Shown piece by piece: positions 29,563 through 39,364 of a DNA stretch of 64,000 nucleotides. The first letter of the stretch is position 1; each line of letters starts with the position of its first letter. The notes under the pieces were generated by a model. The model was not told where the DNA came from. It was given only the letters and a program-made list of their open reading frames with translations, and made no database searches. Source of the stretch: Candidatus Latescibacterota bacterium (GTDB lineage Bacteria; Latescibacterota; UBA2968; GCA-2709665); assembly GCA_965219455.1 (NCBI GenBank), contig OZ244744.1, forward strand, positions 5,728,001 to 5,792,000, read 5' to 3'. Position numbers and translations under genes: made by a program.

Positions 29563-31326
29563 TTAAGAGCCGTCACGACCCGGTGCGCGATTGTGTGCCT
29601 CACTCCATTCACGGACGTTTCGCCATAAATTCTCCGCATCGACTTTGAATCCGTGTTCAGTCAGACGTATGTAGGTACAACCCTCGTAGAAATTGTAGAT
29701 TTCGAATCCGTCACCGGCGATACGATGGATATTCCGCAATTCCATGTCCACGAATTCTTCCTCGCCCATGCCCTCGTATCTCGGATCGGGGGTGTAGGCC
29801 ATTCGCAGGTCAAGTTCCCTGCAGTGGTTCAGCGCTTTTCGATAGAATCGGTCGATTTCCCCCCGCTGTCCGGGCGAAAGACCCCTCGCCTGGAATCGCT
29901 TGAAATTCACAACGTCCACCCAGCCTTCCGCCAACCATTTCCGCCAGTTCCAGTACATCTGATAGATGCTCTGCTGCCGGGGCTGCCGATCCATGCCCGG
30001 ATATCCAGTCAGGTGTATCCATCGTTCTTTTCCGCGTGACCGAATCAGATCGGATGCGTCCTTCAGAAACAGATCGAAATATTCTCCCCGCAATTTCCGC
30101 CAGGCGCCCCGGTCGAATGATTCCCGCGTTATATCCACGCCGTATCGATCCCGAAACGCGTCGACAATGGGTTGCCCGAATCCGTAATTTTCCAAATCCA
30201 TATTCTGTGTATGACATTCCACCCGAATGTCCACCCCGTCGCAACCCGCGTCCAGTTCATACTGAACGACGTCGAGCAACCAGCGTCTGACGTCAGGATA
30301 CCCGAGTTCGACCGCAGAGGACAGAAACCGGTTTCTGCCACGGGCAATTCCGACAAAGGGAACCTTATCCACGTTCAGCCGATACCTTCCGGACGAATAC
30401 TGCCAGTCGACACCCCCGGGATGGTCTTCGAAAGGAACATGCCAGTTGGCGTCAAACCCGATGCCGGCTTCTTCGAACGAGCCGAGAGATTTCGAATAAT
30501 CCGACCGGGGGCAGAATCCCCACGTCAAGACGACGGGTTCTCCGTCCACGTCCTCCACTTCCACGAGTGCCGCGAGGGTGTTGGTAAGACCGACTTTATC
30601 TGCGAACCGGACACAAAAAAACGGTTGCGATATCTCGAGGCCGGAGATTTCGATGCAGGCAAAATCCCCTTCCTGCCCGAAACGTCTTTCCGGCGCCGGC
30701 GCAAATACCGGTGGCTTTCGCCTTCGCACGGAAACGTCGATCTCCCTGCGGCCCTTGTAGCGCGCGTAACGCGCATTCGTCTCACTCACAAACAACTCAA
30801 TGCCCGGAACTCTTCCCAGGCGATCGGTTTCGTGCCAGAAACGGATGGTCCCCACGGGTTTCCGGATACCCGCGGCTTCCATTTGACGGGGGTGGATCTC
30901 CACCCTCCGATCCGGGTGCTGACGGAGCCATCGGAATGCCATCTGGCCCGATCCCCCGATCTGGTGAATGCCCGGCATCACGTCGGGTGCGGTTCCCAGG
31001 GGATAAAACCGTCCTGGGCCGAAACTGGCCATATCGTTGATCTTATGCACAGCGTAAACTTTCATTCCGACACGATGCGCCTCCTCGCACAGAAACACCA
31101 GGGGATCGGGAACGGCCTCCACGAACTCGCGGGCTCTGCCCCTGAGATCGGTAGACGAACCCCGATCCCATTTGCCCATCTCCTTGTCCCCCATCTCAAT
31201 CCAGTGAATACCCGTCATCCCCAGATCGGCAACAAGGCGTATGTATTCCCGGAATCGTTCGGCGGTCCATGGAATCGCGCTGGCGGTGAAGTCGTCCCTG
31301 AAATCCAGAGTCAGATGAAATTCCAT
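29563..31326 (-). CDS. Hypothetical TIM-barrel protein (glycoside hydrolase-like)
   Basis: Long ORF; EAHRVGMKVYAV, YPDVRRW, GCDGVDI, FRDRYGVD, NWRKWLAEGWVD resemble GHL10-type barrels. Confidence 0.55.
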   Translation of the reverse strand: MEFHLTLDFRDDFTASAIPWTAERFREYIRLVADLGMTGIHWIEMGDKEMGKWDRGSSTDLRGRAREFVEAVPDPLVFLCEEAHRVGMKVYAVHKINDMASFGPGRFYPLGTAPDVMPGIHQIGGSGQMAFRWLRQHPDRRVEIHPRQMEAAGIRKPVGTIRFWHETDRLGRVPGIELFVSETNARYARYKGRREIDVSVRRRKPPVFAPAPERRFGQEGDFACIEISGLEISQPFFCVRFADKVGLTNTLAALVEVEDVDGEPVVLTWGFCPRSDYSKSLGSFEEAGIGFDANWHVPFEDHPGGVDWQYSSGRYRLNVDKVPFVGIARGRNRFLSSAVELGYPDVRRWLLDVVQYELDAGCDGVDIRVECHTQNMDLENYGFGQPIVDAFRDRYGVDITRESFDRGAWRKLRGEYFDLFLKDASDLIRSRGKERWIHLTGYPGMDRQPRQQSIYQMYWNWRKWLAEGWVDVVNFKRFQARGLSPGQRGEIDRFYRKALNHCRELDLRMAYTPDPRYEGMGEEEFVDMELRNIHRIAGDGFEIYNFYEGCTYIRLTEHGFKVDAENLWRNVREWSEAHNRAPGRDGS

Positions 31327-31486
31327 TGTGCATCCTTTCGCGGTTTGGGTCTTATCCGGAGACGTCAATCGCCGGACACCAGACGTGGGGCATGAAGACC
31401 TCCCCCCTTGACATTGGCGATGCGAGGCCCTATCTTGTAGCGTCAAGCCAAATCCTTTTTCGCACACAGAATCGAGTACATGCCGT

Positions 31487-31864
31487 ATGCCGCTGACCAT
31501 CAACAAAACCATCCGGCCAAACGCGATCTGGCAGGAGATGTATCTGCGGGTACAAAGCGATCAGCGCCTCGTCATTTCGGCCGAGGGCATATGGTCGCCC
31601 GAGATGCGTCCGGCCACCATCGTCTGGTGCAGCGCGAATGGAATCGAAGGCAACCTGGCCGGAGACGACTATCTTCTGCCCGGCACCAACGTAGGCGCCC
31701 TGATCTGCAGGGTCGGTTCGGATAATCCGCCCCTTGTTGCAGGGGTCTATTTCGACTTTTTCTCACCCTACCAAGGACCGCTATATATGGCAATGAACGA
31801 AAACCCCGAATATCAGAACCAGGCCGGCTCGATTCAGGCCCAGATCATTCTGTTTGAACCGTGA
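31487..31864 (+). CDS. LecA/PA-IL-like small beta-sandwich protein
   Basis: LVISAEGIWS, GALICRVG, QGPLYMAMNE...YQNQAGSI align by eye with PA-IL ITIVAAGWAS, GALVMKIG, QGAITLIYND...YGNNSGSF. Confidence 0.65.
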   Translation: MPLTINKTIRPNAIWQEMYLRVQSDQRLVISAEGIWSPEMRPATIVWCSANGIEGNLAGDDYLLPGTNVGALICRVGSDNPPLVAGVYFDFFSPYQGPLYMAMNENPEYQNQAGSIQAQIILFEP

Positions 31865-32652
31865 TCCTGGTCAACGTCGTCCGCTATCTCATCAGGGAGT
31901 ACGGCCTCTCCCTGGTCTTCGTTTCCCTCACGCTTGGCATATGGGAAGTGCTGGTGTTTGCATGGGACATTGCAGACTATATCCTGCCGGCGCCGTCGCG
32001 AATCCTCGGTAAACTGATCTCGGCGCGCTACACGCTTTTGTCCCACGCCTGGGTGACCCTGCAGGAAGCGCTCTGGGGTTTTCTTCTCGGCGCCAGCACG
32101 GGCATCGCCGGCGCGATTGTCATGGCTCGTTCTCCCATAATCGAGCGAATGCTCTATCCCATCGTCATCTCTTCCCAAACCTTTCCAAAAGAAGCACTGG
32201 CCCCGCTCTTTATCGTCTGGTTCGGCCTCGGGCTGCTCCCGAAGGTGATTATCGCCGCGCTCATTTCTTTTTTTCCTGTCATTATCAACACGACACGCGG
32301 CCTGCTTGCCGTGGACCCGCTCATTCTGGATCTGATGCGGGCGCTTTCCGCGGGGCGGCACCAGATTCTAATCAAAGTCCGCCTGCCGAACGCCATTCCT
32401 TATCTTTTCGCCGCCCTTAAAATCTGCGTCACCCTGAGTGTTATCGGTGCGGTTGTGGGAGAATTCGTGGGCGCCAGCGCCGGCCTGGGGCACCTCACGC
32501 GGCTGGCCAACTCCGAGCTGGCTACGGATCTGATGTTCGCCGCGCTGATTGTGCTTGGCGCGATGGGCACGCTCCTTTTTTTGATTGTGGAAGGCCTGGA
32601 AAAACTCCTGCTCAGACGCTGGGGCGATTTCCATGAACCACTCAGGCGATAG
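31861..32652 (+). CDS. ABC transporter permease (SsuC/TauC/NitT type)
   Basis: ILPAPSRI, PKEALAPLFIVWFG, KVRLPNAIP, GAVVGEF...GLG. Confidence 0.93.
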   Translation: MILVNVVRYLIREYGLSLVFVSLTLGIWEVLVFAWDIADYILPAPSRILGKLISARYTLLSHAWVTLQEALWGFLLGASTGIAGAIVMARSPIIERMLYPIVISSQTFPKEALAPLFIVWFGLGLLPKVIIAALISFFPVIINTTRGLLAVDPLILDLMRALSAGRHQILIKVRLPNAIPYLFAALKICVTLSVIGAVVGEFVGASAGLGHLTRLANSELATDLMFAALIVLGAMGTLLFLIVEGLEKLLLRRWGDFHEPLRR

Positions 32653-32674
32653 AACAACCCACGGGGGGATTCCA

Positions 32675-33646
32675 GTGAACCGTCTGGTCTGGCTGCTTTT
32701 CGCCTTTCTGACCGCCTGCGGCAAACCACCGGAGACATTACAGCAGATTCAGTTGCTTCTGGACTGGAAAGCACAGATGGAACACGCCGGCTTTTTTGTG
32801 GCGAAAGCGAAGGGATATTACCATGCCGAGGGGATCTCGGTTGAGATTCTCGAAGGTACAGGAGCGCCTACGACCGCTCGCCTGGTGGGCAGTGGCAAGT
32901 ATCAGCTCGGGATTTCCAGCGGCTCAGCCACGCTGATCGCGCGCGCAAGAGACATCCCCGTGGTCTCCCTCGCCGTGATAAACCAGCATTCGCCGGTTGT
33001 GGTGTACGCGTTGGAAGAGAACGACATCCGAAAACCGGAAGATCTTATCGGCAAACGGGTTGGCGTCAATGTCGGGGGCACCAAACATCGGGAATTCCAG
33101 GCTTTTCTCAAAAAGGTGGGCATCGATGAAGACCGCGTTCGGCTGATGGGAATGACGGAATCCAGCCCCGCCCCCCTGCTTGCCGGAAAAGTCGATGCCA
33201 TGCTGGGTTATACCGAAGACCAGCCGGTAACCGTAGAACTCCGGGGTCGGGAGGTAACCCGTATTTCGTTTGCCCAATACGGTATCGACCTGTACAGCAC
33301 CAACGTCATTGCCAATGCCGACTATCTGAAAAAGAACCCGGACGTCGTGCGCAAATTCGTCCGCGCCAGTATGAAGGGCTGGCGCTACGCCGTCGATCAC
33401 CCGGAAGATGCCGTTGCCGCATATACGGCCTACCGCCCGGAAAGCAATGCCGAATTCAATCGGGCCAATTTCGAACAGCTCGTCCCCATATTGATGAGCC
33501 CGGACGTTGAACGCCTCGGGTTGGGTGCGCAAACCACCGAACGGTGGTCGCACACACAGGACATTCTGTTCGATCTGGGTCTGATCGACAGAAAGATCGA
33601 AGTTTCCCGGCTGTTCGTTGCCGACCTGCTGCCGCCGGTTCCCTGA
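32675..33646 (+). CDS. ABC substrate-binding lipoprotein (NMT1/THI5/SsuA type)
   Basis: Lipobox LTAC, LDWKAQMEHAGFFVAKAKGYY..EG, LLAGKVDA, KGWRYA; GTG 32675 (alternative ATG 32633). Confidence 0.9.
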   Translation: MNRLVWLLFAFLTACGKPPETLQQIQLLLDWKAQMEHAGFFVAKAKGYYHAEGISVEILEGTGAPTTARLVGSGKYQLGISSGSATLIARARDIPVVSLAVINQHSPVVVYALEENDIRKPEDLIGKRVGVNVGGTKHREFQAFLKKVGIDEDRVRLMGMTESSPAPLLAGKVDAMLGYTEDQPVTVELRGREVTRISFAQYGIDLYSTNVIANADYLKKNPDVVRKFVRASMKGWRYAVDHPEDAVAAYTAYRPESNAEFNRANFEQLVPILMSPDVERLGLGAQTTERWSHTQDILFDLGLIDRKIEVSRLFVADLLPPVP

Positions 33647-33734
33647 TCGTGGCACTTCGGTCTTCCTGGCGGAACCGCGTAATCTCCCAACACAGGTAGT
33701 CTGTGGCGACGCCCTATCCCGGCGGCCAGGCGAA

Positions 33735-34493
33735 TCACGTGTCCCGTCCCGCCAGCAGAGTCCTGAGGTGCGCCACCATCTCCACGAAACTCGGCTGGAC
33801 CAGCAATTCCACGTTTCTCGGTCTCGGAAAATCCACCTCGACGTTGCCCACCAGGCGGCCCGGACGAGCCGACATCACGACGACCCGGTCCGAAAGCAGA
33901 ATGGCCTCCGGGATGCTGTGGGTAATAAAAAGGACCGCGGGCTTTGTAACCCGCCATATTCGCAGCAACTCCAGCTGCATTCTCTCCCTTGTAATTTCGT
34001 CCAGAGCGCCGAACGGTTCGTCCATCAGCAATACGGCGGGGCGGTACGTCAGCGCCCGGGCGATGGCCACCCGTGACTGCATGCCACCCGAAAGCTGCCT
34101 CGGATAGGACTGCTCGAACCCCTGCAGCCCCACGGCCCGAATCATCTCCCCGGTCTGCGCTCCCACCTCAATATCGTTAAAGATCTCTCCAGGCAGACGC
34201 ACATTTTCCTCCACCGTGCGCCAGCCCATCAGGGCGGGACTCTGAAAGACCACGCCAATCTCCCGTGCTCGTCTCGCGTCCGCCGGCAGCTTTCCGTTCA
34301 CCCGAACCATACCCGACGTCGGCACCTCCAGGTCGCCGACGATGCGCATCAGGCTGGTCTTTCCGCAACCGGAGGGCCCGACAACACTCACGAAAGCGCC
34401 CTGCTGAACCTGCAAATTCACGCCTTTCAACGCCGCCACCCGCCCGGAATCGCTCTCAAACACCTTGCTCACGCCACAGACGTCAATGGCCAC
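33735..34493 (-). CDS. ABC transporter ATP-binding subunit (SsuB/TauB/NitT type)
   Basis: GPSGCGKT, YPRQLSGGMQSRVAIARAL, MDEPFGALDEITR, THSIPEA, MSARPG. Confidence 0.95.
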   Translation of the reverse strand: MAIDVCGVSKVFESDSGRVAALKGVNLQVQQGAFVSVVGPSGCGKTSLMRIVGDLEVPTSGMVRVNGKLPADARRAREIGVVFQSPALMGWRTVEENVRLPGEIFNDIEVGAQTGEMIRAVGLQGFEQSYPRQLSGGMQSRVAIARALTYRPAVLLMDEPFGALDEITRERMQLELLRIWRVTKPAVLFITHSIPEAILLSDRVVVMSARPGRLVGNVEVDFPRPRNVELLVQPSFVEMVAHLRTLLAGRDT

Positions 34494-34503
34494 GTCATGT
34501 TGG

Positions 34504-36501
34504 CTAGTATCCGTGAATATAGTGACCGCCTTCGGGAAACCAGATCAGATCCACCAAAAAAGAACATCCCACTGCAAATACATACCCCACAATCAACCCG
34601 TAGCAGCACGGTTTTACGCGACGGTACAGGGAGATGCCGCCAAACCTGAGAACCATCAATTTGGCCAGCCACACCAGGAAGATATCCAACACATAGAGGC
34701 TAACGTAGCCGCTCGACATCAGCATGACGCCCAGAGGATGAAGCGGCCACCAGGAGAATCGGCTCTGCATCAACTGTATTGCGCCCGCGGTCAGGCCCCC
34801 GAGGATCCACACGCCGATCTTTCCCGGATCGGTTACTTCGGGGTCGGTGTCGGCAACCGCCTTTGCGATTCCCTCGTACATCCCCCGCGGCGCGCCCACC
34901 AGAGACCACGTACGGAACGTGCTGCCTCCCTCCTCGTAACAGATTGAAACCGTGTAAATGATCGCCGCCAGCATGCCGACCACGAGGCTGCCGGCCACCA
35001 CCCATCCCGTACGACCCGACCGCCCGAGCAGACGTTCAACGTGAGGTAGCGCCGCCGGCAACCGCCAACCCGCCAGGAGTCGCCAGTTCACCAGGCGAAG
35101 CCCCACCAGGGTGGATTCATTCATGCGGTTTGCGCCCACGGTCATATTCAGGATGGAAGTTCCGAAACTGGGAAACAGATACGCAAACCCGCTCGCGGCC
35201 AGAAACTTCATCACCACCAGGATACTCGCCCAGAACAACAGTAACCACGACAGGCCGATTGTCACGCTGTAGCCCGCCCTGTTCAACCAGAAAATCATAT
35301 AGATGCCGCCGGCCAGAATCGAAATCAGAGCCAGCCGGGGACGGAGAATGGCGGTTTCCGCCTCTTCGTCATTGCGCGGGCGTACCACCTGCCGAAAGAC
35401 TTTTTTCAGGTGACCGCGGGCGGCCCACAGGGTCCATACCACGAGTCCCATGCTGACGCCGTGGGTGAACAGACCCAGAATTGCCGACGGTTTGGCCTCC
35501 TGCCCCACCAGGCCGACCGAAAACCCGACCCTGGACATTGCGTACAGGCCCAGTTGACCGGAGAGCCACAACGACCATATGCTGAACAGGATATTCAGAT
35601 CGCACAAGAACGTAAAGCCCAGGACGGTGGGTAACATACGGTAGGAAAACGGCTGCAAATAACGCGACAGTTCCGCACCCCTGGGCCCGGTCGGACCATA
35701 ATATGCGTCGAAAATCGCCAGGCGGGGAAAACCGGGCGTCCAGTATTCAATCAGGTTCCACAGCAGGGGAACCGCCGACACCGCAAAACCCGCCCAGAAC
35801 AACCACTGGCGTGCAAACGGCGGCCAACCTCGCTTGCGGTCGAAACCTTCCGTCAAGTCGATCGGCACCTGCGCCAGTGGATAGGTGAGGCGTTCGTGCC
35901 GCACCCACTGCTTCTGGAATACCGCCGTCACCCCCACGCCGATCGCCGTCATCGCCACGCCGGCGGACATCGCCCAGAAAACGGGTCCAAGCCATGCCCC
36001 CCAGGGCACCCCGGCGCCTCTCTCGATCCCAAGGAAAAACCCCTCGGTCACCCCCGGAAAATCTGCCGGAAACATCCACCACGGCAAATGGTCGAAAATC
36101 AACTCCTGCCACCGGTTTTCGGGCGAGGCGTAATACCTGGGCGCCGCCATGGCGCCCACCCACTGTGTAATCCAGTTGTAACCCGCAAACGATCCACCCA
36201 CCCAGAGCATACTCAAGGCCAGCCGCAACTCTGCCGAAGTCAGGGACAGCCGGGGAACAAACCGCTTTAATAAGGCGTTTACCATTAACCATGCGACGAA
36301 GGGCAACAACACCGCCAGGGGAAGGTTCGCCATGGCCATATGCGCGGAGCGGGATCTGAACTCCAAGAATGTAGCAGCGACACACGCAAAAACCAGCATG
36401 GCAACCGAAAGCGCGACAACGGTTCGGCGAAGTCCTTCGTCGGCCGACACGTGCGAATCTCCCGGGTGCGGGACTCGATTCTGGAAGTCGGGCTGGCTCA
36501 T
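34504..36501 (-). CDS. DUF6785/DUF6784-like polytopic membrane protein (putative transporter), copy 1
   Basis: Many TM segments; YYASPENRW, W.AW..P, QW..HERLTYPL, WWPLHPLG, LVWLAK, GLIVG. Confidence 0.75.
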   Translation of the reverse strand: MSQPDFQNRVPHPGDSHVSADEGLRRTVVALSVAMLVFACVAATFLEFRSRSAHMAMANLPLAVLLPFVAWLMVNALLKRFVPRLSLTSAELRLALSMLWVGGSFAGYNWITQWVGAMAAPRYYASPENRWQELIFDHLPWWMFPADFPGVTEGFFLGIERGAGVPWGAWLGPVFWAMSAGVAMTAIGVGVTAVFQKQWVRHERLTYPLAQVPIDLTEGFDRKRGWPPFARQWLFWAGFAVSAVPLLWNLIEYWTPGFPRLAIFDAYYGPTGPRGAELSRYLQPFSYRMLPTVLGFTFLCDLNILFSIWSLWLSGQLGLYAMSRVGFSVGLVGQEAKPSAILGLFTHGVSMGLVVWTLWAARGHLKKVFRQVVRPRNDEEAETAILRPRLALISILAGGIYMIFWLNRAGYSVTIGLSWLLLFWASILVVMKFLAASGFAYLFPSFGTSILNMTVGANRMNESTLVGLRLVNWRLLAGWRLPAALPHVERLLGRSGRTGWVVAGSLVVGMLAAIIYTVSICYEEGGSTFRTWSLVGAPRGMYEGIAKAVADTDPEVTDPGKIGVWILGGLTAGAIQLMQSRFSWWPLHPLGVMLMSSGYVSLYVLDIFLVWLAKLMVLRFGGISLYRRVKPCCYGLIVGYVFAVGCSFLVDLIWFPEGGHYIHGY

Positions 36502-36740
36502 CAGATCCGGGACCTCATAGACATATACAACCCAATGAGAACACACACGTCAACGTGTGAGTTGGAGCGCATTCAATCCGGCGCGGTCGCAGACTGAAGT
36601 GGCAGACGACATGGGTCGGTAACCCCGGCTGCCGTGTGGCGACACTGTCGGAATGTCGTCGGTAAAAATCGCACAAAAAACAGAGGCCGCCCCTCCAGGA
36701 TTCAGCCTCGGTTAACCTTTATCCGCCAAACTTGGAATAC

Positions 36741-37880
36741 TTAAGGATTGTACACCAACGCATTCTCGAGATATGAAAACTCCTCGTCCACGCCCCCGGC
36801 CACCAGCACCCGGCCATCGTTCAACAGGGTGGCGGTGGCGCCGCTTCGAACCCTGCCCGCGTCTCCGCCCACAAACTGAAACCCCCGTGTACCGGGATCG
36901 TAAATCTCGGCATCGGCGGCCGCGCCGCCCACAATGAGCACCTTACCATCGCTCAGCCGCGTGGCTACATGTCCAAACCTTGGGGTTTGCATAAATCCCT
37001 CCTCCCGGAACGACGGGAATTCGGGATCGAAAATCTCGGCGCTGCTCACCGGGGTGAACACCTGTGAAACGATCTCGGCGCTGCCGCCGGCCAGCAACAC
37101 ACGTCCATCGGCCAGCAACGTCGCCGTATGCCCGAATCTGACGACCTGCAGGCTGGCGCTGCCCGGCGACGTAAGTGCGTCGGTTGCCGGATTGAATCGC
37201 TCGGCAAGTCCCCGGGCGCCGCCCGCGACGAGCACGTCTCCGTTGCCCAGCAGCGTCGCGGTCTGTTGCACGCGCCTTGTGCCCACAGTGACCCTCTTTA
37301 CAATTTCGTCTTCTTCAGGGTCGTAAATTTCCGCCGCGAAACTCAAATCGCCCAACAGCAGCACCCTGCCATCCTGTAGCGTCGTCGCTGTTCGCAGGCG
37401 CTGAATTCTGCTTATTGCCCCGCTTCCGACAAAGGAATCGGAATCGGGATCGTACAGGAGGAACGGTTGCTGGCCTCCTCCAGCAATAAAAACCTTGCCG
37501 CTTTTCAATAAGGCGGCCACGTGCCCGCTCCGTCCTTCGGGCAGGCTCTCGATAAGCCGAAACCGTCCCGTGACCGGATCGAAGACCTCCGCACTGGTCA
37601 GCGGTTCTTCAACACCCGCGGATACCACGTGTATCCCTCCGGTAATCAACACGGTGCCGTCGGAAAGTCGGGTGGCCGTGTGATCCCTCCTGGGTTCAAC
37701 CATGGGCCCGACCACGCCAAACGACCTGGGCGTTACACCCCCCAGGGGTGAACCTGCTTCGTCGACCCCGCACGCGCACAGAGTCAGCCCTGCGAGGCCG
37801 GGCCATACGCCGCACAGAACCCGGCGGATCCCAGCCGTCAGTCGTGTGAATCGCGCGCCAACAGGGCTCCATGAGATCAT
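36741..37880 (-). CDS. Kelch-repeat (galactose oxidase-like) beta-propeller, probable lipoprotein
   Basis: Repeated R..HTATxLxDGxVLxxGG / AEIYDP units; LCAC lipobox-like motif. Confidence 0.88.
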   Translation of the reverse strand: MISWSPVGARFTRLTAGIRRVLCGVWPGLAGLTLCACGVDEAGSPLGGVTPRSFGVVGPMVEPRRDHTATRLSDGTVLITGGIHVVSAGVEEPLTSAEVFDPVTGRFRLIESLPEGRSGHVAALLKSGKVFIAGGGQQPFLLYDPDSDSFVGSGAISRIQRLRTATTLQDGRVLLLGDLSFAAEIYDPEEDEIVKRVTVGTRRVQQTATLLGNGDVLVAGGARGLAERFNPATDALTSPGSASLQVVRFGHTATLLADGRVLLAGGSAEIVSQVFTPVSSAEIFDPEFPSFREEGFMQTPRFGHVATRLSDGKVLIVGGAAADAEIYDPGTRGFQFVGGDAGRVRSGATATLLNDGRVLVAGGVDEEFSYLENALVYNP

Positions 37881-37896
37881 TGTTTCGTGTCGCTTT

Positions 37897-38820
37897 CTAT
37901 TCCACCGCCCCGTAATGCGGGCCCCAGTCTGCGGCTACCTGCCGCCCAATGCGCTCCGCCGCGAAGCTATCCACCGCATCCAGCGGTGTAATCTGGCGCG
38001 CCCATTCCACGTTCTGTGTCAGTTCAGCCTCGGTGTATACCCCCACAACCGCCGTGCCGACCCCGGGCAGCCCCAGCGCGTACCGGAGCGCCGGTTCATG
38101 ATCGTGCGGCCCGTGCGCGGCCAGAGCCGAAAGCGTCGGCTTGTCGTAATTCATCCCCAACGCCCCCCCGTAGACCTTCATGGCCGCCACCCCGACGTTC
38201 TGTTCACAGGCGATAGGCAGCACTTCGTTCTCGAAGTTGTACGTATATCGGTCGGCAATGTTCATGGCAAGCATCACCACGTCGATATCCGCTTCCCTCA
38301 ATACCCGGACGGTGCGCCACGGTGCGTTGTGCGCCGTGGCTCCGATAAACCGGGTCCATCCTCGCCGCCGCGCCTCACGCAGCCCCTCGATCGCGCCATC
38401 GGGTGCCAACACGCGGTCCACGTCCCGATTGCCCATCGAATGCACGTAAACCAGGTCGACCTGGTCGGTCTGCAGGTCTTTCAGACCCTTCTCCAACATC
38501 GACAGCGCCTGCGCCGCGTCGTCGGTCGGCGTCTTGGTGACGAGGAAGACTTCATCCCTGCGGTCAGCCATGACCTGCCCCAGCTGGAGATGCGCGCGAC
38601 CATACCCGGGCGCCGTATCGATAAATGTCACGCCGAGATCGATGGCTCTATGGCACAGCGAAATAGCGGCATCGTCGTCCATGCCGATCCCGCCCGGGGC
38701 CGAGCCGTAGCCAAGAACGGGAACACGCACACCTGTTTTGCCCAGCACCCTTTGGGGTAACGGCAATGCTTCATTCTTCGTCACCTGTGCAACCAGACCA
38801 CTCTCGATAGACTCCGACAT
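37897..38820 (-). CDS. Aldo/keto reductase
   Basis: RVLGKTG, IDTAPGYG, LVTK, DLVYVH, AMKVYGGG. Confidence 0.92.
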   Translation of the reverse strand: MSESIESGLVAQVTKNEALPLPQRVLGKTGVRVPVLGYGSAPGGIGMDDDAAISLCHRAIDLGVTFIDTAPGYGRAHLQLGQVMADRRDEVFLVTKTPTDDAAQALSMLEKGLKDLQTDQVDLVYVHSMGNRDVDRVLAPDGAIEGLREARRRGWTRFIGATAHNAPWRTVRVLREADIDVVMLAMNIADRYTYNFENEVLPIACEQNVGVAAMKVYGGALGMNYDKPTLSALAAHGPHDHEPALRYALGLPGVGTAVVGVYTEAELTQNVEWARQITPLDAVDSFAAERIGRQVAADWGPHYGAVE

Positions 38821-38938
38821 GGCATTCTCCCGGATGTATGGTTCCCCGACGGCCCGTTTTCCGCACACCTCCAATATGGCATCAAGGTGCTCGATCTGTC
38901 AACGATTGATCCCGCGGGCGGTTTCCCATCCGCGCCCT

Positions 38939-39274
38939 TCAACCCTGCCGTTCCTCGCCCATGTTTCGCAAGGAATCGTACGTATAGATTCCGGTATCGT
39001 GGCCGTCACCCCAGCTGATCTGTATCGCGTACCGGCCCACCGGAATCACATCCGTCACCTCGGCCGATGCATCGCGCTCCTGGGCCGTCAACATGTGCAG
39101 ACCCTGATCCCGGACCTGATGTTCGCGCTGGTCCGAACACAGCGCGCACGGGCACCAGCGCCGCAACTCGGAAAGCGGAAGACGGTCAACGCGGCCGCCG
39201 CGCCACTCAATTTCCATCTCGCCGTTGTCCCGCCGCACGTCGATCCGGACGGGAGTGCCCGTTCTACTGTTCAT
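38939..39274 (-). CDS. DUF971 (GBBH-like N-terminal) protein
   Basis: LRRWCPCALC, VGRYAIQISWGDGHDTGIY. Confidence 0.88.
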   Translation of the reverse strand: MNSRTGTPVRIDVRRDNGEMEIEWRGGRVDRLPLSELRRWCPCALCSDQREHQVRDQGLHMLTAQERDASAEVTDVIPVGRYAIQISWGDGHDTGIYTYDSLRNMGEERQG

Positions 39275-39336
39275 ATCATAACGTCCATAGCCCACCGTGT
39301 TGTCGTGGATGCGCACCGCGTTTTCAAGTTTGCGCT

Positions 39337-39364
39337 TGACATTTCGTACGTCTGGACTAACTTA
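39337..39364 (+). promoter_or_regulatory. Putative sigma70 promoter upstream of the tonB-like gene
   Basis: TTGACA-N16-TAACTT. Confidence 0.45.

Noticed and set aside
36510-36740. Riboswitch upstream of the DUF6785-like gene (hairpin CACACGT-CA-ACGTGTG)
   Set aside because: Only a short palindrome; no recognisable aptamer consensus
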